Origin: Vicinamibacteria bacterium
Lineage (GTDB): Bacteria; Acidobacteriota; Vicinamibacteria; Marinacidobacterales; Marinacidobacteraceae
DNA length: 64,000 bases
Assembly (NCBI GenBank): GCA_964291235.2
Contig: OZ219815.1
Coordinates: 960,001-1,024,000, forward strand
Direction: 5' to 3'
This document shows positions 49,801 through 59,629 of this stretch, one piece after another (within the stretch, counting starts at the first letter, position 1; each line of letters starts with the position of its first letter). The notes beneath the pieces were generated by a model. It saw only the letters and a list, made by a program, of their open reading frames with translations. It had not been told where the DNA came from and made no database searches. Made by a program: the position numbers and the translations under genes.

Positions 49801-51324
49801 GGCGGCGTTCGTTCGCCGCGATCCTCTCTACTTACCGCCCTCGTCTTCGGACTGGCCGGGTCCGGGTGTGCGCCACCGCCGGAGAATCCCCGGGCGAAGA
49901 ACGTGATCCTGTTCATCGGGGACGGGTTCGGGATGAACCAGTTCGCGCTGGGAGCGGCCTACGCCTCCGAAATCGGCGGCAACCCGCTTCGGATGTCCGA
50001 CCTTGCCGACGCCGGTAGCGCCGGGTACGCGGTGCCGTTCTCCTACGGGCGGATCACGACGGATTCGGCGGCGGCCGCGACCCAGATGGCTACCGCGAAG
50101 CAGGCGCTCACCGAGACGCTGAGCGTCGATCCGGAAACGGCGGAGCCGTTGCCGACCATCCTCGAGTGGGCCGAAGGGGAGGGACTCGCCACCGGGCTGG
50201 TTGCGAACATGCGCCTCACCCACGCGACCCCGGCGGCCTTCAAGGTGCACGCCAAGTCGCGGTACGTCCCCGAGCCCGAACTCGCGGATCAGCTCTTCGG
50301 AGAACCTTTCGTGGAGGTGTTGCTCGGCGGCGGGGGCCGCGCCATGGTCCCGCAGGGGACGAGCCTCTCGGACAGCGTCCCGGGGCTGCCGGAGGGGACC
50401 GACGGCGCCTCGAACCGGGGCGATGACCGCGACCTGATCGCCGAAGCCGCGGCCCGCGGCTTTACCGTCGTCGGCGATCGGGCCGGACTGGAGCGCGCGC
50501 GGGGAGCGGAGCGCCTCGTCGGGATCTTCGCGGCGAGCCATCTCCCGTACGTGCTCGACCGGTCCTGGGAAGGTCTCGACGATTCCGTGCCGACCCTGGC
50601 CGAACTCACCTCTGCCGGGATCGCCTCGCTCGAGCAGAACGGGGCGGGTTTCTTCCTCGTGGTCGAAGGCGGTCTCATCGACTACGCGGGTCACGACAAC
50701 GACGCCGGGGCGATGCTCGCCGAGATCCTCGACTTCGACGAGGCGATCGGGGTCGCGTTCGATTTCGCCCGCGCCCGCGAAGATACCCTGGTGCTGGTGA
50801 CGGCCGATCACGGTACTGGCGGCTTCTCGTTCACCTATGGCCCGGGGGGACCGGGCCCCTTTGCGAAGCCCGTCTTTGCCGACTATGCGGCCGGCCCGGA
50901 GATGGCCGGAGTGCGCCACCTGGAGACGCTGGCTGCCCAGCGGCGCTCGCTGATCGAGGCGATGCCGGAAATCTCGTCACCAGCCACGCGTGACTCGGTG
51001 CTGGCGGTGATCGAGGAAGCCACCGCGATCCGACTCACCGACGCCGAAGCCGAGGATCTCGCCAGCCAGCTCAACCAGGAGGAACTCGCCACGCGAGACT
51101 TTGCGACGTACTACCTCGATCGGTCGACGGTTCCCGTGGCGCTCGCCGCGCGGAAGCTCGCGAACCACACGCAGGTGGTCTGGTCCACGGGTGGGCACAC
51201 CTCGGAGCCGGTGCTGCTCCTGGGATACGGGCCGGGTGCGGACGGGGTGCTCGGCATCGGGCAGAACACCCGGGTGCACGGCATCATCCGGGACGCGTTC
51301 GGCTGGGACCGAGAGATCAGGTAG
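49801..51324 (+). CDS. phoA: Alkaline phosphatase (PhoA family), lipoprotein-type signal lacking a canonical start codon
   Basis: FIGDG, TDSAA (Ser nucleophile), THATPAAF, EGGLIDYAGHDND, TADH, GHT; the frame is open from 49801 and includes LLTALVFGLAGSGC. Confidence 0.88.
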   Translation, partial: GGVRSPRSSLLTALVFGLAGSGCAPPPENPRAKNVILFIGDGFGMNQFALGAAYASEIGGNPLRMSDLADAGSAGYAVPFSYGRITTDSAAAATQMATAKQALTETLSVDPETAEPLPTILEWAEGEGLATGLVANMRLTHATPAAFKVHAKSRYVPEPELADQLFGEPFVEVLLGGGGRAMVPQGTSLSDSVPGLPEGTDGASNRGDDRDLIAEAAARGFTVVGDRAGLERARGAERLVGIFAASHLPYVLDRSWEGLDDSVPTLAELTSAGIASLEQNGAGFFLVVEGGLIDYAGHDNDAGAMLAEILDFDEAIGVAFDFARAREDTLVLVTADHGTGGFSFTYGPGGPGPFAKPVFADYAAGPEMAGVRHLETLAAQRRSLIEAMPEISSPATRDSVLAVIEEATAIRLTDAEAEDLASQLNQEELATRDFATYYLDRSTVPVALAARKLANHTQVVWSTGGHTSEPVLLLGYGPGADGVLGIGQNTRVHGIIRDAFGWDREIR

Positions 51325-52003
51325 CCGGGGTCGGCGCGGCGGGGAACTCGTCGGTCGCGACCCCGAGACGTAGACCTGCCAACCGGTTCGTGACCGCGGC
51401 GACGGCGAAGCTCACCCCGGAGAGATTCTTTTCGCGCGGCAGCGGCGGCAGGGGCCGGGCCCAGGGAGCCGCGGTCAGGACCTTCCCGCGGCGACCCAGT
51501 TCGCCATAGTCGAGAGCAGGGTCGGCTTCTACCCCCAGCGCGCCCGGAACCGACACCAGACAACCCGGGACCAGCAGGGATCCCCGACCCGACCGGGGTG
51601 CGACGAGCGCGATGCCGGCCTTTCCCGCGGTGCGCCAGGCGTCGCGCAGGAGGGCTTCGCCTTCCGGGTCGCTTCCGACGGGAACGCCGGCGCTCAGATT
51701 CACGATCGCAGCATCGTTTTGCACCGCCCAGCGAATGCCGGCGGCCAGGCAATGAGGTGGAGCTTCCGTCCGGCGCCCGAAGACGCGGACCGAGAGCAGG
51801 GTGAAGGCGTCTCGCGGCAACCCGTCGGAGACCGTGGCCGCGACCGCGGTGCCGTGGCCGATTGCATCGGTCCAGTCGGCGAGGCGGTTCCCGCTCAGCC
51901 GGACCGACCCGTCGCGCCAGGAGACCCGGACTCCCCCGGCGACCGGTCCCACCTGGCGGTGTGACGGGTTGATTCCGGTGTCCAGAATCGCGATCCGGAG
52001 CAT
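51317..52003 (-). CDS. qhpE: Subtilisin-like leader peptidase for QhpC
   Basis: ILDTG, GHGTAVA, SGVSFA triad; last gene of the qhp operon. Confidence 0.85.
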   Translation of the reverse strand: MLRIAILDTGINPSHRQVGPVAGGVRVSWRDGSVRLSGNRLADWTDAIGHGTAVAATVSDGLPRDAFTLLSVRVFGRRTEAPPHCLAAGIRWAVQNDAAIVNLSAGVPVGSDPEGEALLRDAWRTAGKAGIALVAPRSGRGSLLVPGCLVSVPGALGVEADPALDYGELGRRGKVLTAAPWARPLPPLPREKNLSGVSFAVAAVTNRLAGLRLGVATDEFPAAPTPAT

Positions 52004-52015
52004 CCTTGAGCAGAT

Positions 52016-53689
52016 TCAGTTCGCCGCTTCGATGCGGCCTTCCCGAAGCGCCAACACCTGATCGGCGACCTCCCCGAAGGCTCGGCGGTGCGTCATCACC
52101 AGCGCCGTCCGCTGCTTCAGCCAGGGGACCAGGCGCCGGACCAGCAGGGCCTCGGTCTCGCTGTCGAGCGCGGAACTCGGCTCGTCGAGGAGGATGAGGG
52201 CCGGATCCGCCAGCACCGCGCGGGCGATGGCGATCCGCTGGCGCTGGCCGGCTGACAGTTGCTGTCCCCGCTCCCCCACCACGGTGGCGAGACCGTCCGG
52301 CAGGCCCGCCAGGAAGTCGTCGAGCGCCGCGAGCCGCGCCGCCCGCGTGACTGCGGCGTCGTCCGCCTCCGGTCTTCCGTAGCGGATGTTGTCCGCGATG
52401 GCTTTATGCCAGAGGAAGGGTTCTTGTTCCACGACCGTGATCCCGCCCCGGAGATCAGCAAGGGAAAGCCGCCGGATGTCGGCGCCGGCCCAGGAGATCC
52501 TGCCCTCGTCCGGATCGAGGCGCCGCAGGATGAGATCGGTGAGCGTGGTCTTTCCCACGCCGCTCGGTCCGACCAGCACCGTCAGAGATTCCTCGGGAAG
52601 CGTGAGCGACACCCCGTCGAGCACCGGTTTGTCTTCCCTGCCGTACGAAAGGGACACGGATTCCACGTCGAGCGGCCCCCGCGGCGTCCTGGCCGCCACC
52701 GGATCCGCAGGGTCCTCGACACCCGGCGGCTCATCCAGCAGCTCGAATACCCGTTCGAAGGACGCCCGCGCGGCCCGCAGTCCCAGGTACTGGCCGAGAA
52801 GACCCTGAACGGGCCCGAAAAGGCGCATCTGGTAGGTCATCGCGGCCCCCAGGGTGCCCAGCGTGAGATTTCCCTGGATCACCTGGTAGCCGCCGTAGAG
52901 GAATGCCGCGGCGCCGGCGATCGAGACCAGGGACGACGGAATCCCCGAGGCGACGTAGGTAGTCCGCCGCGTCCGCAGCAGCGTGTGGATGAAGCGGTCG
53001 TTTTCGGTTCGAAACCGGTTTGCTTCGCGTGCCTCCTGTCCGAAGGCCACCGTCTGCCGCATCCCGAGCACGGACTCGACGAGCGCGCTGCTCACCGACG
53101 CGCCCGCCTCCCGGAGCCGGCGGTTCTCGTCGGTTACGCGGGTCCGGAGCCGCTTCAGCGAAAAGGCCGCGATCGGGAGGACGAGTACGGCGGGCACCAG
53201 CAGCGCCGGCGCCAGCGCGAGCACCAGCACGAGCGCTACCACCAGCCCGAGCACGTTCTGGGACAGCGAGAGCAGGAGGTCGCCCGCGGTTCGCTGGAGT
53301 TCGGAGACGTCGGTGTTGAGCCGGGACAGAAGGTCTCCGGTGCGGGTTCCAGCGAAAAAGCGCGGCGAGAGCTGCTGGAGGCGGCGGTACACGGTCAGCC
53401 GCAGGTCGAACAGGGCGCGCGCCGAAAGGCCGACGTAGCGGTAGCCGGTGTAGGACGTCAGGACCAGGCCGCCGACCTGCATCACGACCATCAGCGCCGC
53501 GAGCTGGAGCAGCAGCGTGAAGTTGCCGCCGAGCAGCGCGTCGTCCAGCAGGGGAACCAGCAGCAGCGGCCAGAGCTGCCCGGGGAGTCCCGCCAGCAGC
53601 GAGAGAACGAGAACTCCCGACAACCTCCGCCAGTACGGAAGCGTGAGGCGAAACGCACGCCGATAGATATCGGCGCCTGGGGGTTTCAG
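52016..53689 (-). CDS. qhpF: ABC exporter (TMD plus NBD) of the QHNDH cluster
   Basis: GPSGVGKT, LSAGQRQR, ILLDEP; frame open to a CTG overlapping the qhpB stop. Confidence 0.88.
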   Translation of the reverse strand: MKPPGADIYRRAFRLTLPYWRRLSGVLVLSLLAGLPGQLWPLLLVPLLDDALLGGNFTLLLQLAALMVVMQVGGLVLTSYTGYRYVGLSARALFDLRLTVYRRLQQLSPRFFAGTRTGDLLSRLNTDVSELQRTAGDLLLSLSQNVLGLVVALVLVLALAPALLVPAVLVLPIAAFSLKRLRTRVTDENRRLREAGASVSSALVESVLGMRQTVAFGQEAREANRFRTENDRFIHTLLRTRRTTYVASGIPSSLVSIAGAAAFLYGGYQVIQGNLTLGTLGAAMTYQMRLFGPVQGLLGQYLGLRAARASFERVFELLDEPPGVEDPADPVAARTPRGPLDVESVSLSYGREDKPVLDGVSLTLPEESLTVLVGPSGVGKTTLTDLILRRLDPDEGRISWAGADIRRLSLADLRGGITVVEQEPFLWHKAIADNIRYGRPEADDAAVTRAARLAALDDFLAGLPDGLATVVGERGQQLSAGQRQRIAIARAVLADPALILLDEPSSALDSETEALLVRRLVPWLKQRTALVMTHRRAFGEVADQVLALREGRIEAAN

Positions 53690-54759
53690 TTTCCGGAGCC
53701 GGCCCGGTAGCGGAGGGGATGGGGCGGGAGCATGAAGTCACCGCCGGCGAAGATCTCGGTCTCGGGCTCGAGCGTCTCCGCGTCGTACACATACATCGTG
53801 TCGCCGACGCCGGACACGAAGAGACGCTGCCCGTCCGCCGAGACGATCATCGAGATGTTGGTACGGCCCCGCTCGAAGCCTTTCTTGCGGAGAATGACCT
53901 GCCGGCTTTCCATGTCGATCACCGCCGCGTCGCTGAGGCCGGCATAGCCCCGCTTCCCGTCCGGAGAGATGGCAAAGCGGGCGAGCTGCATCTGGGGTCC
54001 CACCTCGTAGCGGCTGAAGGTCTTTTCGGGCAGCCGGATCTCCAGCAGGCCGAAGAGCTCCATCCCCTGGCGGGGCTCCACGGTCCGGTACACCCCGAAC
54101 AGCCGGCCGGGTTCGACCTCGTCGAGCGAGTGTCCGCGCACCCCTCCGTAGCCGGGCGCGAGCGGCCGGTCCAGCTCGATCCGGTCCGTTTCCTCGAAGG
54201 TCTCGGCGTCGAGTTCGATGATCTGATCGTTCACCAGGTACACCGACGAGCCATCGGGGCTGAAGTGAATGTTGGGGCGCCAGTCGCTCGCGTTACCGAG
54301 CGGGATCTGGTGCGTGACTTCCCGCCGCTCGCGGTCGAAGACCCAGATTTCCGACGGTGTCTGGTGGATGAAACGGTCGGGCTCCAGGTCCACTACGACG
54401 GGCACCAGAAAGACCCGCCGCGCGTTCGGACCCGGGGTAGCGCTCATGAAGCGGACGCGGCGGCCCACGGTGCTGAGCTGGAAGTCGTCCACTACCGCCA
54501 TCTCGGCTGCGTCGAAGATCTCGACGATTTCCATCCGGCCGGTCACGATGGCGACGAAGCGCCCGTCGGCCGTCCAGGTGTTGTTGGTGGCGGCCCCGTG
54601 CCGCAGGCTTCCGACCTTCTCGAAGGTCAGGGATTCCTGGTCGAAGGTGATGAGCTGGTCGGGCCAGATTCCGGCGAGGAAGCGGTCCGTATCCTGCGCT
54701 GCCGCTGGCCCGGCGAAGAACGCGGCGATCGCGAGGCTGAGGAAGATCGGTCTGGTCAT
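53686..54759 (-). CDS. qhpB: Quinohemoprotein amine dehydrogenase beta subunit-like beta-propeller
   Basis: Signal peptide; repeated SPDG/TADG/SADG blades; position after qhpC. Confidence 0.8.
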   Translation of the reverse strand: MTRPIFLSLAIAAFFAGPAAAQDTDRFLAGIWPDQLITFDQESLTFEKVGSLRHGAATNNTWTADGRFVAIVTGRMEIVEIFDAAEMAVVDDFQLSTVGRRVRFMSATPGPNARRVFLVPVVVDLEPDRFIHQTPSEIWVFDRERREVTHQIPLGNASDWRPNIHFSPDGSSVYLVNDQIIELDAETFEETDRIELDRPLAPGYGGVRGHSLDEVEPGRLFGVYRTVEPRQGMELFGLLEIRLPEKTFSRYEVGPQMQLARFAISPDGKRGYAGLSDAAVIDMESRQVILRKKGFERGRTNISMIVSADGQRLFVSGVGDTMYVYDAETLEPETEIFAGGDFMLPPHPLRYRAGSGN

Positions 54760-54804
54760 CGACTCAAGAGCGAGTGCGGTCCTGGAAGGGTGGAGAAATC
54801 TCCC

Positions 54805-55131
54805 TCATGGGAAGACGAGGTCGATCTCCCTCCAGTCCTGGGTGGCGGCAGCACAGTTCTTGTGCCAGTCGGGGCTGTTGTTCAGGTAGTCGGGTACCTG
54901 GGCAGGCCAGTAGCAGGTCTTGTAGCAGTCGTAGAGGTCCCGCTCCATCGGCTGGCAGAGCGCGGCGGTGCCGCCGGTCGCATCCACCTCCCAGCCCGGC
55001 GAGAAGATCGTCGTGCATCCGGACGGATAGTGCGGTCCCGGGTCGTCGGCGGTGGCGCGCGCCGCGCCGCCGCCCTCGAGCCACTCGGTAGCGAAGCGCG
55101 CCTTGAGGTTCTTGGGGGAGAGGTGTTTCAT
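54805..55131 (-). CDS. qhpC: QHNDH gamma subunit precursor (CTQ-bearing RiPP-like peptide)
   Basis: Leader MKHLSPKN; core GCTTIFSPGWEVD...CQPMERDLYDCYKTCYWPAQVPD keeps the C7/E16, C27/D33, C41/D49 and C37/W43 positions. Confidence 0.95.
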   Translation of the reverse strand: MKHLSPKNLKARFATEWLEGGGAARATADDPGPHYPSGCTTIFSPGWEVDATGGTAALCQPMERDLYDCYKTCYWPAQVPDYLNNSPDWHKNCAAATQDWREIDLVFP

Positions 55132-55140
55132 GGCGGTCTC

Positions 55141-56583
55141 CTAGGGGGTCTGCCGCACGGCCTGCAGCATTCCCTCGAAGCGAGCGAGGAACTGAGGATT
55201 CCGGTCAAGGATACGCCCGTACGCGGAGAGGCCGAGGGCGGTCCAGTCGCGGATCCAGTCACAGTAGTGGAGGTTGGGGCGGAAACGATCGCCGTAGCGC
55301 ACCTGTGCCTCGTGGTAGCAGCCGCCGGAACAGAGGCTGCGGACCCAGCACTGGCTGCAGTCGGTACGGGCGTCGATGTGAGCCTTCTTCAGGTGTTCGG
55401 CGCGCTTTTCTTCGCTGATCCCCGTGGCCACGTGTCCCAGATCATGGTCGCCGGAACCGGCGAACCGGTGGCAGAGGCCGACCTCGCCGCCCGGGGCGAC
55501 TCCGACGAGCCCGAGTCCGGCCCCGCAGGGGTACGCCTTGCTTACGCCCTCGTGGATTTCGCCGAGCAGGTCGCTGAGGTTCGAAAACCCGAGATAGCGG
55601 CCCTCGGTGGCTGCTTCCACATAGTCATCGGCGATACCCCGGAACTGGTCGAGCAGTTCGTCGAAGCCGTCCTCGCCGAGGGCGTAATCCTGGTCGGGAG
55701 ACGAAGTGACCGGAGCGAAGCCCACCTCGTAGAAGCCGAGCCCGATCAGGTGTTCGAAGATCCGCGGGACATCGAGGTTCTTCGACGTGACGGTCACCCG
55801 GGCGCCGACCGGCCGTTTCTGGAGCTTCAGGAACTCGGCGATCCGGGGCGCGATCACGTCGTAGCTGCCCATGCCGCTCCGGTACACCCGCATGGAATCC
55901 TGGAACTGTTTGTCGCCGTCCACCGAGATCGTCACCCCGATCCCGTTGTCCGCGATCCACTGGGAGATCTCGCGGGTGAGCAGGGTGGCATTGGTGGTGA
56001 GGCTGAAGTCCACCCGTTTTCCGGCCTGCTGTGCCGCTTTCCGGGCGTACTCCACGGTCGGGCGGATCACCCGCCAGTTGAGCAGCGTTTCCCCACCGAA
56101 GAACGTCACCTGCAGGTCCCGGGCTTCCCCGGAGTCGGTGATGAGCCGATCCACCGATTGGCGTGCGATTTCTTCGGTCATCGCGGCCGGAACCTCGGCC
56201 TCGGCGATCCGGTCGTCCCCGTACTCGTAGCAGTAGCGACAGGCGAGGTTGCAGGAGTTCGTGATGTTCAGCACCACCGTGCGGATCGGCGGCGGACCGT
56301 CCACCTCCTGGAGGCCGCCGAGCGGAATGAGCGGGGTTCCCTGACGGGCCACCGCTCCCACTCCCGCCAGCTCCCGGAGCGCGGCTTCTTCCTCAGGCGA
56401 CTCGACGACCTCCGCCGGGGGTCTGGGCCCGGCGGCGAGCCGGTCGAGCACCCGTTCGCTCGTTTCGTCGAGCTCGAAGATCATCGAGGAGGGGACGAGG
56501 AACGCGTAGTTCCGCTCTCCACCATGGAAGCGGTGCATCTGCGTCGCTTCGACCAGGGTTTGGGAGGGGGTAGGAACGCTCAT
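55141..56583 (-). CDS. qhpD: Radical SAM/SPASM thioether-forming maturase
   Basis: CNLACRYC, FFGGE, YPCGAG...LCHRF...CSQCWVRSLCSGGCYHE. Confidence 0.93.
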   Translation of the reverse strand: MSVPTPSQTLVEATQMHRFHGGERNYAFLVPSSMIFELDETSERVLDRLAAGPRPPAEVVESPEEEAALRELAGVGAVARQGTPLIPLGGLQEVDGPPPIRTVVLNITNSCNLACRYCYEYGDDRIAEAEVPAAMTEEIARQSVDRLITDSGEARDLQVTFFGGETLLNWRVIRPTVEYARKAAQQAGKRVDFSLTTNATLLTREISQWIADNGIGVTISVDGDKQFQDSMRVYRSGMGSYDVIAPRIAEFLKLQKRPVGARVTVTSKNLDVPRIFEHLIGLGFYEVGFAPVTSSPDQDYALGEDGFDELLDQFRGIADDYVEAATEGRYLGFSNLSDLLGEIHEGVSKAYPCGAGLGLVGVAPGGEVGLCHRFAGSGDHDLGHVATGISEEKRAEHLKKAHIDARTDCSQCWVRSLCSGGCYHEAQVRYGDRFRPNLHYCDWIRDWTALGLSAYGRILDRNPQFLARFEGMLQAVRQTP

Positions 56584-58211
56584 TGCCCTGTCCTTTGCGG
56601 GAACAGGTCCCAGTAGAGGAAGACCGGCGGGGAGACCACCAGCCGGGCGCGGTCCCGCAGCGTCTCGCCGGTCTCCGGATCCTCGTGTTCGGCGACCACC
56701 CACACGTCCCCCATGTTGTCCGCCATGAGTTCGCGCTCCGGGTTCGGGCCGTCGAGTCCCGGAGTGAACAAACCGCGCTCGTCGATGTTGCCGACGAAGC
56801 GGGTGTCCGCGTCCTCGTCCCGGATGTAGTACTCCTCGGTGGTCCAGGTGACCTCGACCGGACCGAGCGCCAGGTCGTCGTCGGTGAGTCGCTCGCCATC
56901 GGGTCCCCGGTGCCAGCCGCTCACCTCGAACTGGACGAACTGCTTGGGGGCCACCGCGCCGCCGACCCGGGAAAGCGCCATCTCGGGGGACACCCGAATG
57001 TAGTCCGCGCCGTCATGAACGGCGAAGCCGTCCACCAGCCGGATACCGCCGACGGAGACGTCGCGATACCCAAGGGACGCCTCGGCGTCAATCCGAAGGT
57101 CCACAGTCAGTTCCATTTCGGAGACCCGGCGGGCGCTCTCGACCGTGACCCCGGACCCGAAATCGAGCGTGGAGGCGGCGTCCTCCGCAAACCCGGCCCC
57201 GAGCAGCCGCACCCCGGTGGCGGTCGTGCCGGTCCGTCCCGCGGGAGGCCAGGCGGCCGCAATCTGCACGCCGCCCGCCGCCCGGGTGAGCGTCACGTCC
57301 AGGCCGTCCTCTCCGAAACGTCCCCGGAAGAGCCGGCCGCTGAGCGTCCGCCCATCCTCGGAAAGGATCAGGGCCGCCCGCCGTTCCTGGAGGCGATCGC
57401 CCTGCGCCCGTCCCCGGAAGGAAAACCCGCCGTACAGGACCCCGGCCCCGAGGCGGCGTTCGGCGGTTCCGTCGCCGAGCACCAGATTCGCCTCGTATCC
57501 GTAGTTTCCGTCGCCCGCGTCATCCGGACGGAATTCCACGATTCCGCCGATCGGCCCGCCGCCCGGCTGGTGGCCCCGCAGGAACCAGCGCCCGGCGATG
57601 CCGGGACCGGGTCCCTTGGCGCGGTAGGTCCGCCACGCCTGGGTCTCGAAGGGGTACTTCTCCTTGAGCTGGTCGAGCACCCGGTCCACCGCCCAGCGAT
57701 CCTCGGGGTCTTCGCCGCGGAAGGTCTGTCCCTCGATGGTCGGGAAGTACCCGACATGCATCCCCTTCAGCAGGGCCCATTCCTCGGCTGTCCGGCGCTG
57801 GGTGCGGAAGCGCGCGGTGAGGTGGCAGCGGGAGCAGGTCTCCTGCAGCAGCTCTTCGCCTTCGGCGAACGTCTCCTGGTGGGGCCGCTGCTCCGCCAGA
57901 TAGAAGTAGGGCCGCTCCTCCTCCGGCGCCAGTCCGTGGTTGTCGGTCAGATACCGCACCACGTCGCGCGCCTCTTCCGCCTCGAGGCTCACGTTGCCGG
58001 TCCGGATCATCCGGATGATGGTGATCTGCCAGCCCTCGGCCGATTTCCGCTGCCAGGAGATCCTTGACATCCGACCGGCGTCGTCCGTCGCGTGACAACT
58101 GCCGCAGGCGGCCTGGACGAGGGGACTCGTTACCGGAATCCCGTCCTCGGCTTCCGCCAACGCGGTCGGCCCGAGGAGCGAAAGAATGGCAATCGCGGCG
58201 GCGGTACGCAT
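56580..58211 (-). CDS. qhpA: QHNDH alpha subunit (di-heme c)
   Basis: CGSCH and CSRCH heme motifs; SRISWQRK.AEGW; GPNPER...DNMGD. Confidence 0.93.
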   Translation of the reverse strand: MRTAAAIAILSLLGPTALAEAEDGIPVTSPLVQAACGSCHATDDAGRMSRISWQRKSAEGWQITIIRMIRTGNVSLEAEEARDVVRYLTDNHGLAPEEERPYFYLAEQRPHQETFAEGEELLQETCSRCHLTARFRTQRRTAEEWALLKGMHVGYFPTIEGQTFRGEDPEDRWAVDRVLDQLKEKYPFETQAWRTYRAKGPGPGIAGRWFLRGHQPGGGPIGGIVEFRPDDAGDGNYGYEANLVLGDGTAERRLGAGVLYGGFSFRGRAQGDRLQERRAALILSEDGRTLSGRLFRGRFGEDGLDVTLTRAAGGVQIAAAWPPAGRTGTTATGVRLLGAGFAEDAASTLDFGSGVTVESARRVSEMELTVDLRIDAEASLGYRDVSVGGIRLVDGFAVHDGADYIRVSPEMALSRVGGAVAPKQFVQFEVSGWHRGPDGERLTDDDLALGPVEVTWTTEEYYIRDEDADTRFVGNIDERGLFTPGLDGPNPERELMADNMGDVWVVAEHEDPETGETLRDRARLVVSPPVFLYWDLFPQRTGQ

Positions 58212-58274
58212 GCGACCTTTCAGTGTATGGGTTCCCGCTCGCCCACGCTACCGGCGGGGTGGTACAAACGGGGG

Positions 58275-59513
58275 ATGATGAACATCCTGTCCCGCCGCAG
58301 TTTTCTGGGCGCCGGCGCCTCCGCCGCTGTCTTTTCGCCTGGGGTGGCGAGGGGGTTGACCGGTTCCGAGATCGAAGCCCGGTCCGCGGGCCGCGAAGTT
58401 GCCGAATTCGGAATCTCCATGTGGGACCTCGACACTCCGGCGCTGCTGGTGGATCTGGATGCGCTGGAGGCGAACATCGCGCACATGGCGGCGACCGCCA
58501 CGGCCAACGGCATCGCGCCGCGTCCGCACGCCAAGACCCACAAGTGCCCGGCGATCGCCCGGATGCAACTCGAGGCGGGCGCCGTGGGTATCTGCGTCGC
58601 CAAAGTCGGCGAGGCGCAGGCGCTGTTCGACCACGGAATCGACCGGCTGCTGCTGACCACCAGTAACGTGACCCCGTTCAAGATCCGCCGTGCGATGGGG
58701 CTCAGGAAGCAGTGCCCGGGCTTTGTCCAGACGACGGACACCGAGGAGAACGCCCGCGCGCTGTCCGAAGCCGCGACGGCCGCCGGCATCAACGCCGAGG
58801 TGACGGTGGACGTGGATCCGGGAGGGCACCGGACCGGGATCACCCCGGGCGAGCCGGCGCTCAAGCTGGCCCAACTGGTGGATCAGCTACCCGGTCTCAC
58901 CCTGCGGGGACTGCTCTGCTACGACGGCGGCTCGCAGCACGTGAAGGGTTTCGAGAAGCGGAAGGCCCAGACCCTCGGGCGGTTGGCGGCGGCGGCGGAC
59001 ACCTGCGAACGGATGGCCGCTTCCGGGCTCGACACCGGCATTTTCAGCGGCGGTGGAACGGGCAGCTACAACATCGACCACGAGACCCCCGGCTTCACGG
59101 ATGTCCAGGTCGGCAGCTACGTCTTCATGGACGCCCAGTACCTGGAGATCGGCGGAGCCACGGATCCGGACGTCTATACCGATTTCCAGCCGTCGCTGAC
59201 GATCCTCGCGACCGTGCTCAACGCTCAATACGAGGGCCGCGCCACCACCGACGCCGGCGCCAAGGCCTGCACCATCAACCGGCCCTGGGCGATCGTGAAG
59301 GGCGAGAGCGGCATGAGCTACACGTCGGGCTCCGACGAGTTCGGCACCATCCGCTACGAGGATCCGAGCCGTACCTACAAAGTCGGCGACAAGCTGGAGC
59401 TCATCGTCTCCCACTGCGATCCGGTGGTGAACCTCTACGACCGGATGTACGCGGTAAGGGGCGGTCTCGTGGAAGCGGTGTGGCCGATCGCGGCGCGGGG
59501 CATGTCCACCTGA
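58275..59513 (+). CDS. Tat-signal DSD1/D-threonine aldolase family PLP enzyme (fold type III)
   Basis: SRRSFL Tat motif; DTPALL, RPHAKTHK, GGGTG, QVGSYVFMD, SHCDPVVNLYD. Confidence 0.9.
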   Translation: MMNILSRRSFLGAGASAAVFSPGVARGLTGSEIEARSAGREVAEFGISMWDLDTPALLVDLDALEANIAHMAATATANGIAPRPHAKTHKCPAIARMQLEAGAVGICVAKVGEAQALFDHGIDRLLLTTSNVTPFKIRRAMGLRKQCPGFVQTTDTEENARALSEAATAAGINAEVTVDVDPGGHRTGITPGEPALKLAQLVDQLPGLTLRGLLCYDGGSQHVKGFEKRKAQTLGRLAAAADTCERMAASGLDTGIFSGGGTGSYNIDHETPGFTDVQVGSYVFMDAQYLEIGGATDPDVYTDFQPSLTILATVLNAQYEGRATTDAGAKACTINRPWAIVKGESGMSYTSGSDEFGTIRYEDPSRTYKVGDKLELIVSHCDPVVNLYDRMYAVRGGLVEAVWPIAARGMST

Positions 59514-59629
59514 AGGGATCAGGAAGTTCCTGGTGCGGGTGGCGTGTCGCAATCCGGGAACGGCTGTACCGTTGCCGACCCGGGTTCGGATGCCTGTGGA
59601 ATAATTCGCCCCCTTTGGGAGAATAGCCA

